Counted from the stretch's first letter, positions 1-8,110 are shown. The stretch is 20,000 bases of DNA from an uncultured virus (IMG/VR IMGVR_UViG_3300005340_000005) (IMGVR_UViG_3300005340_000005); one strand, 5' to 3'. Made by a program: numbers and translations. Notes: generated from the sequence alone by a model not told the origin.

Positions 1-156
1 TATGTGACTTCCCTGTACACGCAGACTCGCCACACTTTGGAGACGAGAGCTCACACGTGCACGCCGGACACGAACGGACGCTGCAAGTACTGCCCGGTTG
101 TAATGGTCCCCGCGCTTGCCGCACAGGCCCGAACTGGAGAGTTAACCAATGCCTAA
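1..156 (+). CDS. 3' end of a hypothetical protein (partial)
   Basis: Frame 1 is open from base 1 to TAA at 154-156 (…HTCTPDTNGRCKYCP…GELTNA*) and overlaps the next ATG at 149, as other coupled genes here do. Confidence 0.45.
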   Translation, partial: YVTSLYTQTRHTLETRAHTCTPDTNGRCKYCPVVMVPALAAQARTGELTNA

Positions 157-397
157 GACTGCGGACATAGCCAAACGATACGAGAAGCGAGAGCAACGTG
201 CAGCGCGCCTCGCAGGCCGCATTCAGAGCGCCGCCCCGTTCCGTACCAGCTCCGAAATAACCGGTCTTCCGAATCACGAGTACGCGGAGACCACTAAAAC
301 TGTCGAGCGACGCGGCCGCAAGAAGCAAAGCTTCAAGGCGCTGACTCACAGTAAGAGCTGTCACCGATGTTTTTTAGAGCACGGTCTTCCGTTTTGA
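149..397 (+). CDS. Hypothetical basic protein, 82 aa, with C-terminal HxxxCxxC
   Basis: GGAGAG RBS upstream of the ATG; same orientation as the operon. Confidence 0.6.
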   Translation: MPKTADIAKRYEKREQRAARLAGRIQSAAPFRTSSEITGLPNHEYAETTKTVERRGRKKQSFKALTHSKSCHRCFLEHGLPF

Positions 398-399
398 AA

Positions 400-555
400 T
401 TGGCTCGCCTCGGCACGGAGCAATAGCGCCGAGGTGCTCGAAAGAGGCAACGTGGGCGAGTCAAACAGTAAGGGGCGCTGCCGGTTCTCTTGTTGTATTG
501 AAGCACAAGAGAGTAACCCAATCGGGAGTTAGAAACCAGACCGGCAGCGCGCCCT
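400..555 (+). ncRNA. Candidate structured cis-regulatory RNA: two tandem three-way junctions
   Basis: First junction: stems 400-408/456-464 (one G-U), 409-414/428-433 and 435-439/444-449 (GAAA tetraloop). Second junction: 475-485/540-550 (perfect 11 bp), 486-493/505-512 (perfect 8 bp) and 514-519/525-531. Ends just before the AAGGAG RBS at 560-565. Confidence 0.5.
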
Positions 556-571
556 CGGTAAGGAGAAAGTT

Positions 572-2116
572 ATGGCAACCAGAACATCAGCAAAACCAAA
601 GAGCGGCGGCGGCGAGCTCGCTGTAAAGAAGATCCGCGCCGAGAACGTGGGCCCAATCTCCGAGTTTGAAGATAACGTCGCTCTTGGAGTCAACGAGGTT
701 CAGGCTGGAAACGGCCAGGGGAAATCCAACTTTATCGACTGGATCGCAGCATCAAGTGGGGCGCCGATTCCGCTCTCCGTGCTCGACGGTGAGAATGCCG
801 GCAGGCTGATCATTGATGGCTCTGTCGTTCTTGAGTACCAGCGGAAAAAGGGTAAGCAGCCTCACGTATCGCTCGCGTCAGTGAGTTCGGTTGCGCTGGT
901 CGTCGATCCCGGGATCAAGGATCCGGCCAGCGCCGAAGAGGCGCGGCTCAAGAACCTACTCAAGATGGTCGAGGCGGAGACCACGGAAGAGATGATCGAG
1001 TTCTTCCTCACGCACGAGGCGAAGAGCGATGAGGATGAGCCGCGGTTAGATACCGAGGCTTACGACTACGTGGACCTGCATTACGGCGTCGACAAGCTGA
1101 GGGAGCTCGACCCGGTTGCTGCCGCCGACGTGCTGATCAAGGGCACGGGCGGTCTTATCCACAAGCTGAAGCGCGAATACCGGGACGAGGCGGCGAATGC
1201 ACAGGCCCGGTACCAGGTAGCGCATCCGGAGAAACCGGAGAAGTTGTCCGACGTGAGCCTGCTTGATGCTGATGCTGAGTATCGGAATGCGGTGGGTGAT
1301 CATCGCCAGGTGCAGGGCGAGGCTTCGCAACGGGCGCAGCTTGAGAGGCAGAGAGCGGAGATTGAACAGACCCTCGGGGACAGGCCGGACGTGTTCGCGG
1401 CTGACGCACTCGTGGAAGGGGCGCAGGAAGGATACGACGAAGTTGCCGCCGAGATTATGGAGCTTGAAAAACGGCTCTCTGCCGCCCGTCAAAAGGCAAT
1501 CTCGGCAAAGGTGACGCTCGATCAGTTCAAGAAGGATGCCACCGAAGCTCGCCGGGCCGCGGAGTCCTGGGATCGTCGACAGGCGATTCTCGAGACTCCA
1601 ATCACTGGCGCGACAGCGGCGGACGTACTGAAGGCCGCGAATCGCGTCGACCTCGCCAAGTCTGCACTCGATCTCGCCAGAGAGACCACTGAGTACCGCA
1701 AGAAATTGGAAGTTGCACAGGCGGCGCGTGAAGAACGCGACCGGGCAACCGCTCGAGAGTCGGAGATCGAGAAGCTCGCGGACGGCGTTCCCGCGCGACT
1801 CGGTGCGCAATTCAACTCCCTGGGTATTCCGGATGCCAGGGTCAACAACGGCGTCCTCGAAGTGAAAAACGAGAAAGGTAAGTGGGAGCCGTTCCATCGG
1901 CGCAGCAAGGGCCAGCAGTGGCGATGGGCGCTGCCGATCTATGTGAAGCATAACCCCGGCGCGATGGTCGCCCTGCTCAAGGAAGCGTGGAACGAACTGG
2001 ACCTTGAGAGCAAGGGCGAGATCCATAAAGCCTTCGTTGAGGCTGCGGTAATCGGGGTGGTCGAAGTGACAACGAAGCGCGGCGAGGATCTCCACATCGA
2101 GAGATTCGTGGCGTAA
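572..2116 (+). CDS. SMC/Rad50-like (ABC-type) coiled-coil ATPase
   Basis: N-terminal Walker A (AGNGQGKSNF), long A/E/R/K-rich coiled coil, signature-like RSKGQQ, degenerate Walker B/D-loop (VALLKEAWNELD); AAGGAG RBS. Confidence 0.75.
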   Translation: MATRTSAKPKSGGGELAVKKIRAENVGPISEFEDNVALGVNEVQAGNGQGKSNFIDWIAASSGAPIPLSVLDGENAGRLIIDGSVVLEYQRKKGKQPHVSLASVSSVALVVDPGIKDPASAEEARLKNLLKMVEAETTEEMIEFFLTHEAKSDEDEPRLDTEAYDYVDLHYGVDKLRELDPVAAADVLIKGTGGLIHKLKREYRDEAANAQARYQVAHPEKPEKLSDVSLLDADAEYRNAVGDHRQVQGEASQRAQLERQRAEIEQTLGDRPDVFAADALVEGAQEGYDEVAAEIMELEKRLSAARQKAISAKVTLDQFKKDATEARRAAESWDRRQAILETPITGATAADVLKAANRVDLAKSALDLARETTEYRKKLEVAQAAREERDRATARESEIEKLADGVPARLGAQFNSLGIPDARVNNGVLEVKNEKGKWEPFHRRSKGQQWRWALPIYVKHNPGAMVALLKEAWNELDLESKGEIHKAFVEAAVIGVVEVTTKRGEDLHIERFVA

Positions 2117-2122
2117 CGAGAA

Positions 2123-2201
2123 GGCCTCCTCTCCCGTTGGACCTGCCACATCCTTTGCTCTGGGGTTCGCGGGAGAGGGGCTGAATAGAGAGGAAGCAAT
2201 G
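2123..2201 (+). promoter_or_regulatory. Long intergenic hairpin followed by an RBS cassette
   Basis: CCTCTCCCG 2128-2136 pairs with CGGGAGAGG 2170-2178, with an inner stem 2139-2144/2163-2168. Followed by CTGAATAGAGAGGAAGCAATG. No U-tract. Confidence 0.55.
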
Positions 2202-2810
2202 AACGCCTTCTATCTTCACAAGCCCGACGGAACGCGGACTGAAGTCTCTGCGTGTGGGGGCTGTGGCCTGGTCGCTGCCGCTGGGAACTACGATATTTCC
2301 GAGCGGTGCTGCACTTGCTACCACTGCGGGCAGCCTCTATCAGACGATGACAAGAAGGCGCGGAGGCAGGGCCATTCCGAATGCGACCAGGGAGCGCGTG
2401 CGCAGAGAGGGATTGAGAGGCTGGAGAAAGCGACTCTGGTTCCGGAGTACGACGGGCCGGTGTACTTCGAAGGTGGCCACGGCAGCCTCGGCGATGACTA
2501 CTTCGCTACTCCCGATGAGTTGGCCGAATACCTGGATGATTACTGCGAAGACGACTCGTCGCGGCCTGAGTTCGCATTCTGCTGCACGTCACGTCCGATA
2601 GCTCTCAGCGTCGACGACATCATCTATTCGGCAACCGAAGAAGCTTACGAAGATGCGAGCGGCGACCTTAGCGGAGTCGACGAACTGCGAGAGGCTGTGA
2701 GGTTGTTTAACGAGGCGAATAAGGCGCTGCTGACCTGGGATATGGACCCGAAGTTCAAGGCGGCGATTCCGGCGAGGGCGATGAGTTATGCCGATCGCGT
2801 GGATCGATGA
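2199..2810 (+). CDS. Hypothetical phage protein, Cys-rich N-terminus, acidic C-terminus
   Basis: GAGG RBS; CxxC motifs (CGGC, CYHC) and a CC pair. Confidence 0.8.
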   Translation: MNAFYLHKPDGTRTEVSACGGCGLVAAAGNYDISERCCTCYHCGQPLSDDDKKARRQGHSECDQGARAQRGIERLEKATLVPEYDGPVYFEGGHGSLGDDYFATPDELAEYLDDYCEDDSSRPEFAFCCTSRPIALSVDDIIYSATEEAYEDASGDLSGVDELREAVRLFNEANKALLTWDMDPKFKAAIPARAMSYADRVDR

Positions 2811-2979
2811 AGCGCCGCGACCAGACGAGCGAGAGCCCGGGCTGCTCGACAAGAGCGAACTCGATTGGGCGGCGCAGTTTGACATCGAGATTCGAGAGGC
2901 ACAACGCCGTGCTTACCTGGCCGTTCAGGAGTGCCACGACGAGTTGTACGCGAGGTTAGAAGAAGATGAGCGCACCTAA
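2788..2979 (+). CDS. Hypothetical protein, 63 aa
   Basis: Fills the gap between neighbours with short overlaps at both ends; acidic, helical composition. Confidence 0.6.
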   Translation: MPIAWIDEAPRPDEREPGLLDKSELDWAAQFDIEIREAQRRAYLAVQECHDELYARLEEDERT

Positions 2980-3850
2980 GAAGATTCAAGCGATCAATGG
3001 TCTGTGGCAGGCTACGGCCACCGAATACCACTCGGACAACGAGTACATCTCGCATTCGATGCTCGAGGACTTCCGGGACTCCATTCCGCGATTCGCCGGC
3101 CTGTTCGTTACGAAGACCATTGCAGCCGATGAGAGCAGTCAGGCGCAGGCGCTCGGCACTGCCTTCCACGCGTTCCTGCTCGAACCGGACATAGTTAACG
3201 ATCTGCTGGTCAAGTGGCCCGAAGGTGACGGTAAGACCGCAGAGGTACAGCGTGCACGTAAGAACGTTTGCCCGCAGGCCGGTAACGCCGCAACTCCAAA
3301 AGTAAGACACGTTGGCGCGCGGACAATAGTGACCGCCGACCAGTGGGACCAGGCGCAGAGGATGGCCGATTCAGCAAGACAGCATCCGCTTGTGCGCTCG
3401 ATGGTCGACCTACCCGGCTACTGCGAGCAGGCAGTCAGAGTTGAGTGCTCGGAGCTCGGCAAGCGCAAGGCGCGATTCGATAAGCTTTTCGAAGCTGGCC
3501 ACATTCTTGACCTGAAGTCGACTCGCCACATGGATCCGAAGGCATTCGCGAAAGACGCATATAACCTTGGGTACTTCCGACAGGCCGCGACCTACGAGGA
3601 CGTTCGCGACATCGCGATGGGCGCAGGACAGGCGGTCTTCATCTACGTGGCTACCTGCTCTGAGGAACCGTTCGAGACCATTGTCTACGAAGTGGAGCGG
3701 GAGGCGCTGGCCCTGGGTCGTGAGGAGAATCGCGAGTTGCTCTTTGAGTTGAGGGATCGTCAACGGCGGGATGATTGGTCAAGCCGATGGTCAGGATTGC
3801 AGAGATTGAACGCGCCGCAGTGGGCGCGAAGGCAAAGCGAAAGAGAATAA
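2966..3850 (+). CDS. RecE/exonuclease VIII-like PD-(D/E)XK nuclease (DUF3799-like)
   Basis: Motifs YH…ISHSML, LGTAFHAFLLEP, KARFD, ILDLKST and Y..QAA.Y; directly upstream of a RecT-like gene. Confidence 0.85.
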   Translation: MSAPKKIQAINGLWQATATEYHSDNEYISHSMLEDFRDSIPRFAGLFVTKTIAADESSQAQALGTAFHAFLLEPDIVNDLLVKWPEGDGKTAEVQRARKNVCPQAGNAATPKVRHVGARTIVTADQWDQAQRMADSARQHPLVRSMVDLPGYCEQAVRVECSELGKRKARFDKLFEAGHILDLKSTRHMDPKAFAKDAYNLGYFRQAATYEDVRDIAMGAGQAVFIYVATCSEEPFETIVYEVEREALALGREENRELLFELRDRQRRDDWSSRWSGLQRLNAPQWARRQSERE

Positions 3851-3864
3851 AGGAGACGATAGAT

Positions 3865-4920
3865 ATGAGCGCTGAAAATCAGCAGACCGAAACAAAGCCA
3901 AACGGACAGACGCCTGAGGATAAGGCGATTGAGAAGAAGAAGCCGCGAGAGCCGAAGCTCGGCGACGCCGCGACCGCGATGGATTTCAGCAACGGGGAAA
4001 ACTTTGCGCTGCTGCAGCGAGTCGCAGGGGTACTGGCCGACAGCGATCTTGTTCCCGCGATCTACAAGGGCAAGCTTGCCAATTGTTTAATAGCCTTGAA
4101 TATGGCCGAGCGGCTACGGGCCGACCCGTTGATGGTGATGCAGAACCTCTACATAGTCCAAGGGAAGCCTGGATGGTCTGCCAAGTTCCTCATCGCCACT
4201 GTCAACCAGAGCGGTAAATTCACAAAGCTACGCTACGAATGGGCCGGCGCGCCGAATACTCCCGAATGGGGCTGTCGCGCCTGGGCCATTGAGCTATTGA
4301 CCAACGAGCGCCTCGATGGTCCGTGGATCACTTGGAAGCTGGCGAACGACGAGGGGTGGGTCAACAAGAGCGGTTCAAAGTGGAGGACGATGCCGCTCAA
4401 GATGTTTATGTATCGCGCGGGCGCGTGGTTCGTGGATGTCTATTGCCCGGAACTGTCGATGGGCCTTCCTACCAGCGAGGACCTTGAAGACGCGCCGATT
4501 ATCGATCTCACCCGGACTGGCGATGGATATGGTTTTCAAGAGGCCCCCGACGATCAGCCCGCGAAACCCAACGGAAGTACGCAAGCTCAGAGTTTCGCGG
4601 ATCGATTGACGCAGCCTCGCGAGGGCGCAGCGCCGCTTCAGACCGAAGAGGAGCCAGAGCCCGTTGCCTCTTTTTCGCCCTCACCTGAGCCACAAGAAGA
4701 AGCAACCGAACAGCCCGCTGGCGACGGCGGGATGGCCGCTGAAGATGACCTCCGCGCCACAGCGCAGGCGCTTCTTGACAAATGCCTCGCAACATCGGGC
4801 AAGAAGATGACTACCCGCGAAAAGATGAAGACCGCTTTCAAGACGGAACTGGTCAAGGAGATCCCCGCTGCGAAGTTGGGCGCGGCAATCGACCTGCTCA
4901 ATTCGATTCTCGAAAGCTAA
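3865..4920 (+). CDS. RecT/Red-beta-like single-strand annealing protein
   Basis: Start moved to ATG 3865 (AAGGAG at 3850-3855). Core SDLVP.Y.GK.ANC.IA..MA.RL..DP.MVMQNLY.V.GKP…SKW.TMP..M..YRA…PE..MGL, then an acidic/Pro linker and a small helical C-terminal domain. Confidence 0.85.
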   Translation: MSAENQQTETKPNGQTPEDKAIEKKKPREPKLGDAATAMDFSNGENFALLQRVAGVLADSDLVPAIYKGKLANCLIALNMAERLRADPLMVMQNLYIVQGKPGWSAKFLIATVNQSGKFTKLRYEWAGAPNTPEWGCRAWAIELLTNERLDGPWITWKLANDEGWVNKSGSKWRTMPLKMFMYRAGAWFVDVYCPELSMGLPTSEDLEDAPIIDLTRTGDGYGFQEAPDDQPAKPNGSTQAQSFADRLTQPREGAAPLQTEEEPEPVASFSPSPEPQEEATEQPAGDGGMAAEDDLRATAQALLDKCLATSGKKMTTREKMKTAFKTELVKEIPAAKLGAAIDLLNSILES

Positions 4921-4925
4921 CAAGA

Positions 4926-5036
4926 TCTTGCGTGGCCGGGTAACGGGGGCTGAACGGGCACGCGGGAAAGGGCATCGTGGCTCGATGTGCAGCGAACTTC
5001 AAAGAGCTGCGGTGCCCTGAATGAGAGGAAGAAATG
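4926..5036 (+). promoter_or_regulatory. Two tandem intergenic hairpins followed by an RBS cassette
   Basis: Stem 4926-4934/4959-4967 (two G-U) and a 15-bp stem 4969-4983/5004-5018 (three G-U). Followed by CTGAATGAGAGGAAGAAATG. Confidence 0.6.
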
Positions 5037-5300
5037 GCGAAATTCAGAAAGAAGCCAGTCGTGATTGAAGCCATTAAATATCAAGCCGAACTTGGCAATA
5101 ATCGAATCGTGAATTGGCTTGCTCAACAGGGTGCAAATATCAGTGATTGGCTCTTCTTTGATGGCGAAATCACTATCCCAACGCTAGAGGGTCGCATGAA
5201 CGTGTCTGATGGCGATTGGATCATCAAGGGCGTCAAGGGTGAATTTTACCCGTGCAAAGATGACATTTTTCAAACCACGTATGAGCTGGCAGGCGATTAG
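5034..5300 (+). CDS. Conserved small phage protein (RKKPVVIEA…TLEG…GDWIIKGVKGEFYPCK.DIF..TYE family)
   Basis: Widespread phage motif pattern recognised by eye; GC about 45% by hand count (121/267). Confidence 0.9.
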   Translation: MAKFRKKPVVIEAIKYQAELGNNRIVNWLAQQGANISDWLFFDGEITIPTLEGRMNVSDGDWIIKGVKGEFYPCKDDIFQTTYELAGD

Positions 5301-5309
5301 GAGGGAGAG

Positions 5310-5951
5310 ATGGAAAGCGAAGTGATTCTCACGCACGAAGGCTTTATAAGGTCGCGGGGCTGGCTGCCAGCTGATGCTGCGTGCACGCTCTGGTGGAAAC
5401 GGGGAGACTACGACCTCACCAGCTACAAGACCTTGAGCGGTGCTTACCAGGATGAGATCGAGCGAGCCCAACGTGAGGGGATTGAACTGCCAGCGACAGT
5501 GAAGGCCCACCTTCTGAAGCGGGCGGGATGGACGGTTAACGCTGGCGGCCTGCTTTGGTATCAGCAGGAGGGAGAGGGGCACGGCGGCGTGTATTACACG
5601 CTGCGGGATGCCTACCGAATCCAGGTGCACCGCGATCGGTTTGAGCCAACACCCGAATCGCCTAAAGAGCAGCAACGGTTTGACGCTGTCGAATCGTTCC
5701 CCCCTTCTCCCGCATCCGCGGGCTATCCCTACGCTGAGGATTCAACCGACGAAGAGTGGACGACCTGCGCGAAGTGTCACGGCTCCGGCAAGACAGAGGT
5801 TGAGCCTCCGCACGCGAGCATTGAACGTGCGATCGCTATCTTGCTGCAAGCGCATACGAAGATGGACGTGGCGCAACGTGAGTTAGCTGAAGCCGAGAAC
5901 GCCTTCAAACGCATCGGGGAGCAGTTTCTTTTCGAGGAGCGAGGCAAATGA
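5310..5951 (+). CDS. Hypothetical protein with an internal duplication and one CxxCxGxG
   Basis: GGAGG RBS; ATGA overlap with the next gene; CAKCHGSG. Confidence 0.75.
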   Translation: MESEVILTHEGFIRSRGWLPADAACTLWWKRGDYDLTSYKTLSGAYQDEIERAQREGIELPATVKAHLLKRAGWTVNAGGLLWYQQEGEGHGGVYYTLRDAYRIQVHRDRFEPTPESPKEQQRFDAVESFPPSPASAGYPYAEDSTDEEWTTCAKCHGSGKTEVEPPHASIERAIAILLQAHTKMDVAQRELAEAENAFKRIGEQFLFEERGK

Positions 5952-6595
5952 GCGCATCGACTCTTTTCGAGCAGGACGTTGCGCCTGTCAGGCCGCAAGC
6001 TCGGCCAGCTAATCATAGGCTCGCGGGAATCGATCCCGGTGTCACCGCTGGCGCTATCGTCGTCCTTGAGCCAGGCCAGCCGCCGGTCAAGTTCCCTCTT
6101 CCCACGATCGAGATCAAACAGACCGACGGCAAGAAGAAGACCTTCTATGATCTGCCTGCGATTCGCCGCTTCCTGGTCGAACAGGATGTCGCCTTCTGCT
6201 ATCTCGAGACTCAGCAGCCACAGTCGAAGCCGGAAGTTCACCACTGCCCGAAATGCCATATCCCGGTTACCGTCGCGCCCTCGCAGGGGATTACAAGCAC
6301 CTTTATGACCGGCCGCGGATTCGGCGCGCTCGAAGGGCTGCTCGCGGGAATTCCGATCGGATACAAACTTGTTCATCCGCGTTCGTGGCAGCCGAGGATG
6401 CTGCCGGCCGGGAGTGGAGACACGAAGGCCCGCGCCAAGTTCGCAGCAAAGGCGATGTTCCCGACGATGGATTTAAGAGCGAACGAGCGCTGCAGGATCG
6501 ATCACACCGGAGTGGTAGATGCTTTATTGATTGCCACCTTTGGCGCGCGAGAAATGATGTGGACTGCTCCAGAAGATCCGGAGCTTGGATTTTAG
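5948..6595 (+). CDS. RuvC-like Holliday junction resolvase (phage type)
   Basis: Catalytic motifs LAGIDPG, YLE and GVVDALLIA, plus VHP.SW and K..A. Confidence 0.85.
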   Translation: MSASTLFEQDVAPVRPQARPANHRLAGIDPGVTAGAIVVLEPGQPPVKFPLPTIEIKQTDGKKKTFYDLPAIRRFLVEQDVAFCYLETQQPQSKPEVHHCPKCHIPVTVAPSQGITSTFMTGRGFGALEGLLAGIPIGYKLVHPRSWQPRMLPAGSGDTKARAKFAAKAMFPTMDLRANERCRIDHTGVVDALLIATFGAREMMWTAPEDPELGF

Positions 6596-6606
6596 GAAGA
6601 ACAGTT

Positions 6607-6907
6607 ATGAGCACTAAGTTTAGCGAACGAACACAGAAGATCATCGATCGGCTTGCCGCTCTCGACTATTCGGAGGCGAAGATTGATAAGGCGCGAGTGG
6701 AACTGGCCCTGGTGGCCCATTATGAGGCGCTCGGCCTGCCACCTCCGAAAGATCTCCGAAGGCTTCAAGACAACGCCCGGAATGCACACGGTGATGGTTG
6801 CTATCGGATCGATCGACGAGAAGGAAGAGATAACGGAAGAGTGGGTCAAAGCGCAAATGAAGGGACTCGGATGGTGGCCGCTTAACGGACCCAAGGAGGC
6901 AGAATGA
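6607..6907 (+). pseudogene. Frameshifted hypothetical gene (~100 aa if joined)
   Basis: The ATG 6607 frame reads protein-like to …LGLPPPK (6750). The +1 frame then reads ISEGFKTT…GLGWWPLNGPKEAE* and ends at the AAGGAGG/ATGA coupling at 6904-6907. Confidence 0.5.
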
Positions 6908-7056
6908 AGCAATCAATCCTTTGGCACGAAGACGGCGACACCGCTGTTATCACGCCCCAGCCAGGGCAAAAGGTTCGGGTGGAACTGCCGCCGACTCACT
7001 ATGCCGGTCCCTCCGACAAAGTGGATAACGCAATAGAGATCAGGCCGAAGGAGTAA
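6904..7056 (+). CDS. Hypothetical protein, 50 aa (not in the ORF track)
   Basis: AAGGAGG RBS at 6893-6899; MKQSILWHEDGDTAVITPQPGQKVRVELPPTHYAGPSDKVDNAIEIRPKE*. Confidence 0.7.
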   Translation: MKQSILWHEDGDTAVITPQPGQKVRVELPPTHYAGPSDKVDNAIEIRPKE

Positions 7057-7058
7057 CC

Positions 7059-7712
7059 GTGAGTCTCGATTATCGTTGCAAGCCTATCATTGAGTGGCCG
7101 GACAAGCTGACGCCTCACGGCCGGCGCAAGCGAGGGACATTCTCGACCTCTTACTCGCGCACGCTCATTCATCTCGAGCGCGAGTTGAATCATCTCAACG
7201 CGAAGCAGATCCTCTTTCAGCTTGCTCTCGACGAAAGCGAAATTCGCCTCGACGGTCGACCTCGAGCGGATGCCCGACCTTCTCACCCGGGCGTGATCGT
7301 TACCTTCAATTCAAAGCACGGGCCGCTCTCCTACTGGACCGATCAATACACCGACTGGCAGTCGAACGTGAGGGCGATCAGTCTGGCGCTCGAAGCCCTG
7401 CGCGCTGTCGATCGTCACGGAGTCAATAAGAGTGGCAGCCAGTATCAGGGATACAAGAGGCTGGGGACCAGCGAAGAGGCGAAGGCGAATGGATTCGCCG
7501 ACTGGTCTCAGGCTGCCGCCTTCATCGCCTCACATACGGGACTTGCCAGGATCTTCTCGGCCGACATCGGGACGTCGGAGGTGATGTTTAAAGCAGCCTA
7601 CAAGGAAGCCGCGAAGCGATTGCATCCCGACAATATTCAGACCGGGAATAATGAACTCTTTGTGAAGCTTCAGGACGCCGCAGCGGTCGTGCGGAAGAGG
7701 TTGGGATTGTGA
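7059..7712 (+). CDS. Phage J-domain (DnaJ-like) protein
   Basis: C-terminal KAAYKEAAKRLHPD…F.KL.DA J-domain with intact HPD; N-terminal PGV.V.F…D.Y..W..N.RAI.L.LEALRAVDRHG typical of this phage family; AAGGAG RBS. Confidence 0.85.
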   Translation: MSLDYRCKPIIEWPDKLTPHGRRKRGTFSTSYSRTLIHLERELNHLNAKQILFQLALDESEIRLDGRPRADARPSHPGVIVTFNSKHGPLSYWTDQYTDWQSNVRAISLALEALRAVDRHGVNKSGSQYQGYKRLGTSEEAKANGFADWSQAAAFIASHTGLARIFSADIGTSEVMFKAAYKEAAKRLHPDNIQTGNNELFVKLQDAAAVVRKRLGL

Positions 7713-8110
7713 AAGAGCGGCCAACGGGAATCATTCGAACGCTGCCTTACTTCGGCGCCGGTGGCACTGGCGACGAGGCGACAGACGCACGTGCTCGCGC
7801 GTATCGCCGGATGATGCGCGCCTTCAAAGAGATGGAGAGCGGAGACGGCAAGTACGTCCTTATCGCGTTCGGACAGAAGCCGACCGTTGAGGTCCTGCAT
7901 TGCTACATTCTGGTGGGCGGCGAGATTCGAGTCCGCGCGAACATCGCAGGCTGGGAGCCAGGTGACTCGATCGCAGGATTGCATTGTTGGGATGACACGA
8001 CGCGACATCCGAAGTGGCTTGCGGTGTTGACCGGTCCGGTGGTCTGGCCTGACGAGCCGGTGAAGAGACGCGGGTTCCAAGGGTTCAGATACACGGAGGA
8101 GCTGTTCTGA
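7709..8110 (+). CDS. Hypothetical protein, probable ASCH/PUA-like fold
   Basis: GTGA overlap; beta-rich core (CYILVGGEIRVRA) and C-terminal EPVKRRGFQGFRY, resembling the ASCH PhxGxQG tail. Confidence 0.6.
   Translation: MKERPTGIIRTLPYFGAGGTGDEATDARARAYRRMMRAFKEMESGDGKYVLIAFGQKPTVEVLHCYILVGGEIRVRANIAGWEPGDSIAGLHCWDDTTRHPKWLAVLTGPVVWPDEPVKRRGFQGFRYTEELF

Noticed and set aside
400..464. Hammerhead or HDV-like ribozyme
   Set aside because: No CUGANGA core is present, and I could not build the nested double pseudoknot of HDV-like ribozymes; only generic stems are supported.
572..2116. ATPase as DndD partnering the DndC-like gene
   Set aside because: It lies 8 kb away among recombination genes and shows no features specific to DndD that I can recognise.
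1046..2149. 367-aa antisense ORF and other long minus-strand ORFs (e.g. 7903-8553, 13936-14568, 18209-18877)
   Set aside because: They shadow strong + strand genes in GC-rich DNA and show no recognisable motifs or RBS.
2123..5018. Intergenic hairpins as intrinsic terminators
   Set aside because: None has a U-tract on the + strand, and only short A runs precede them for the - strand.
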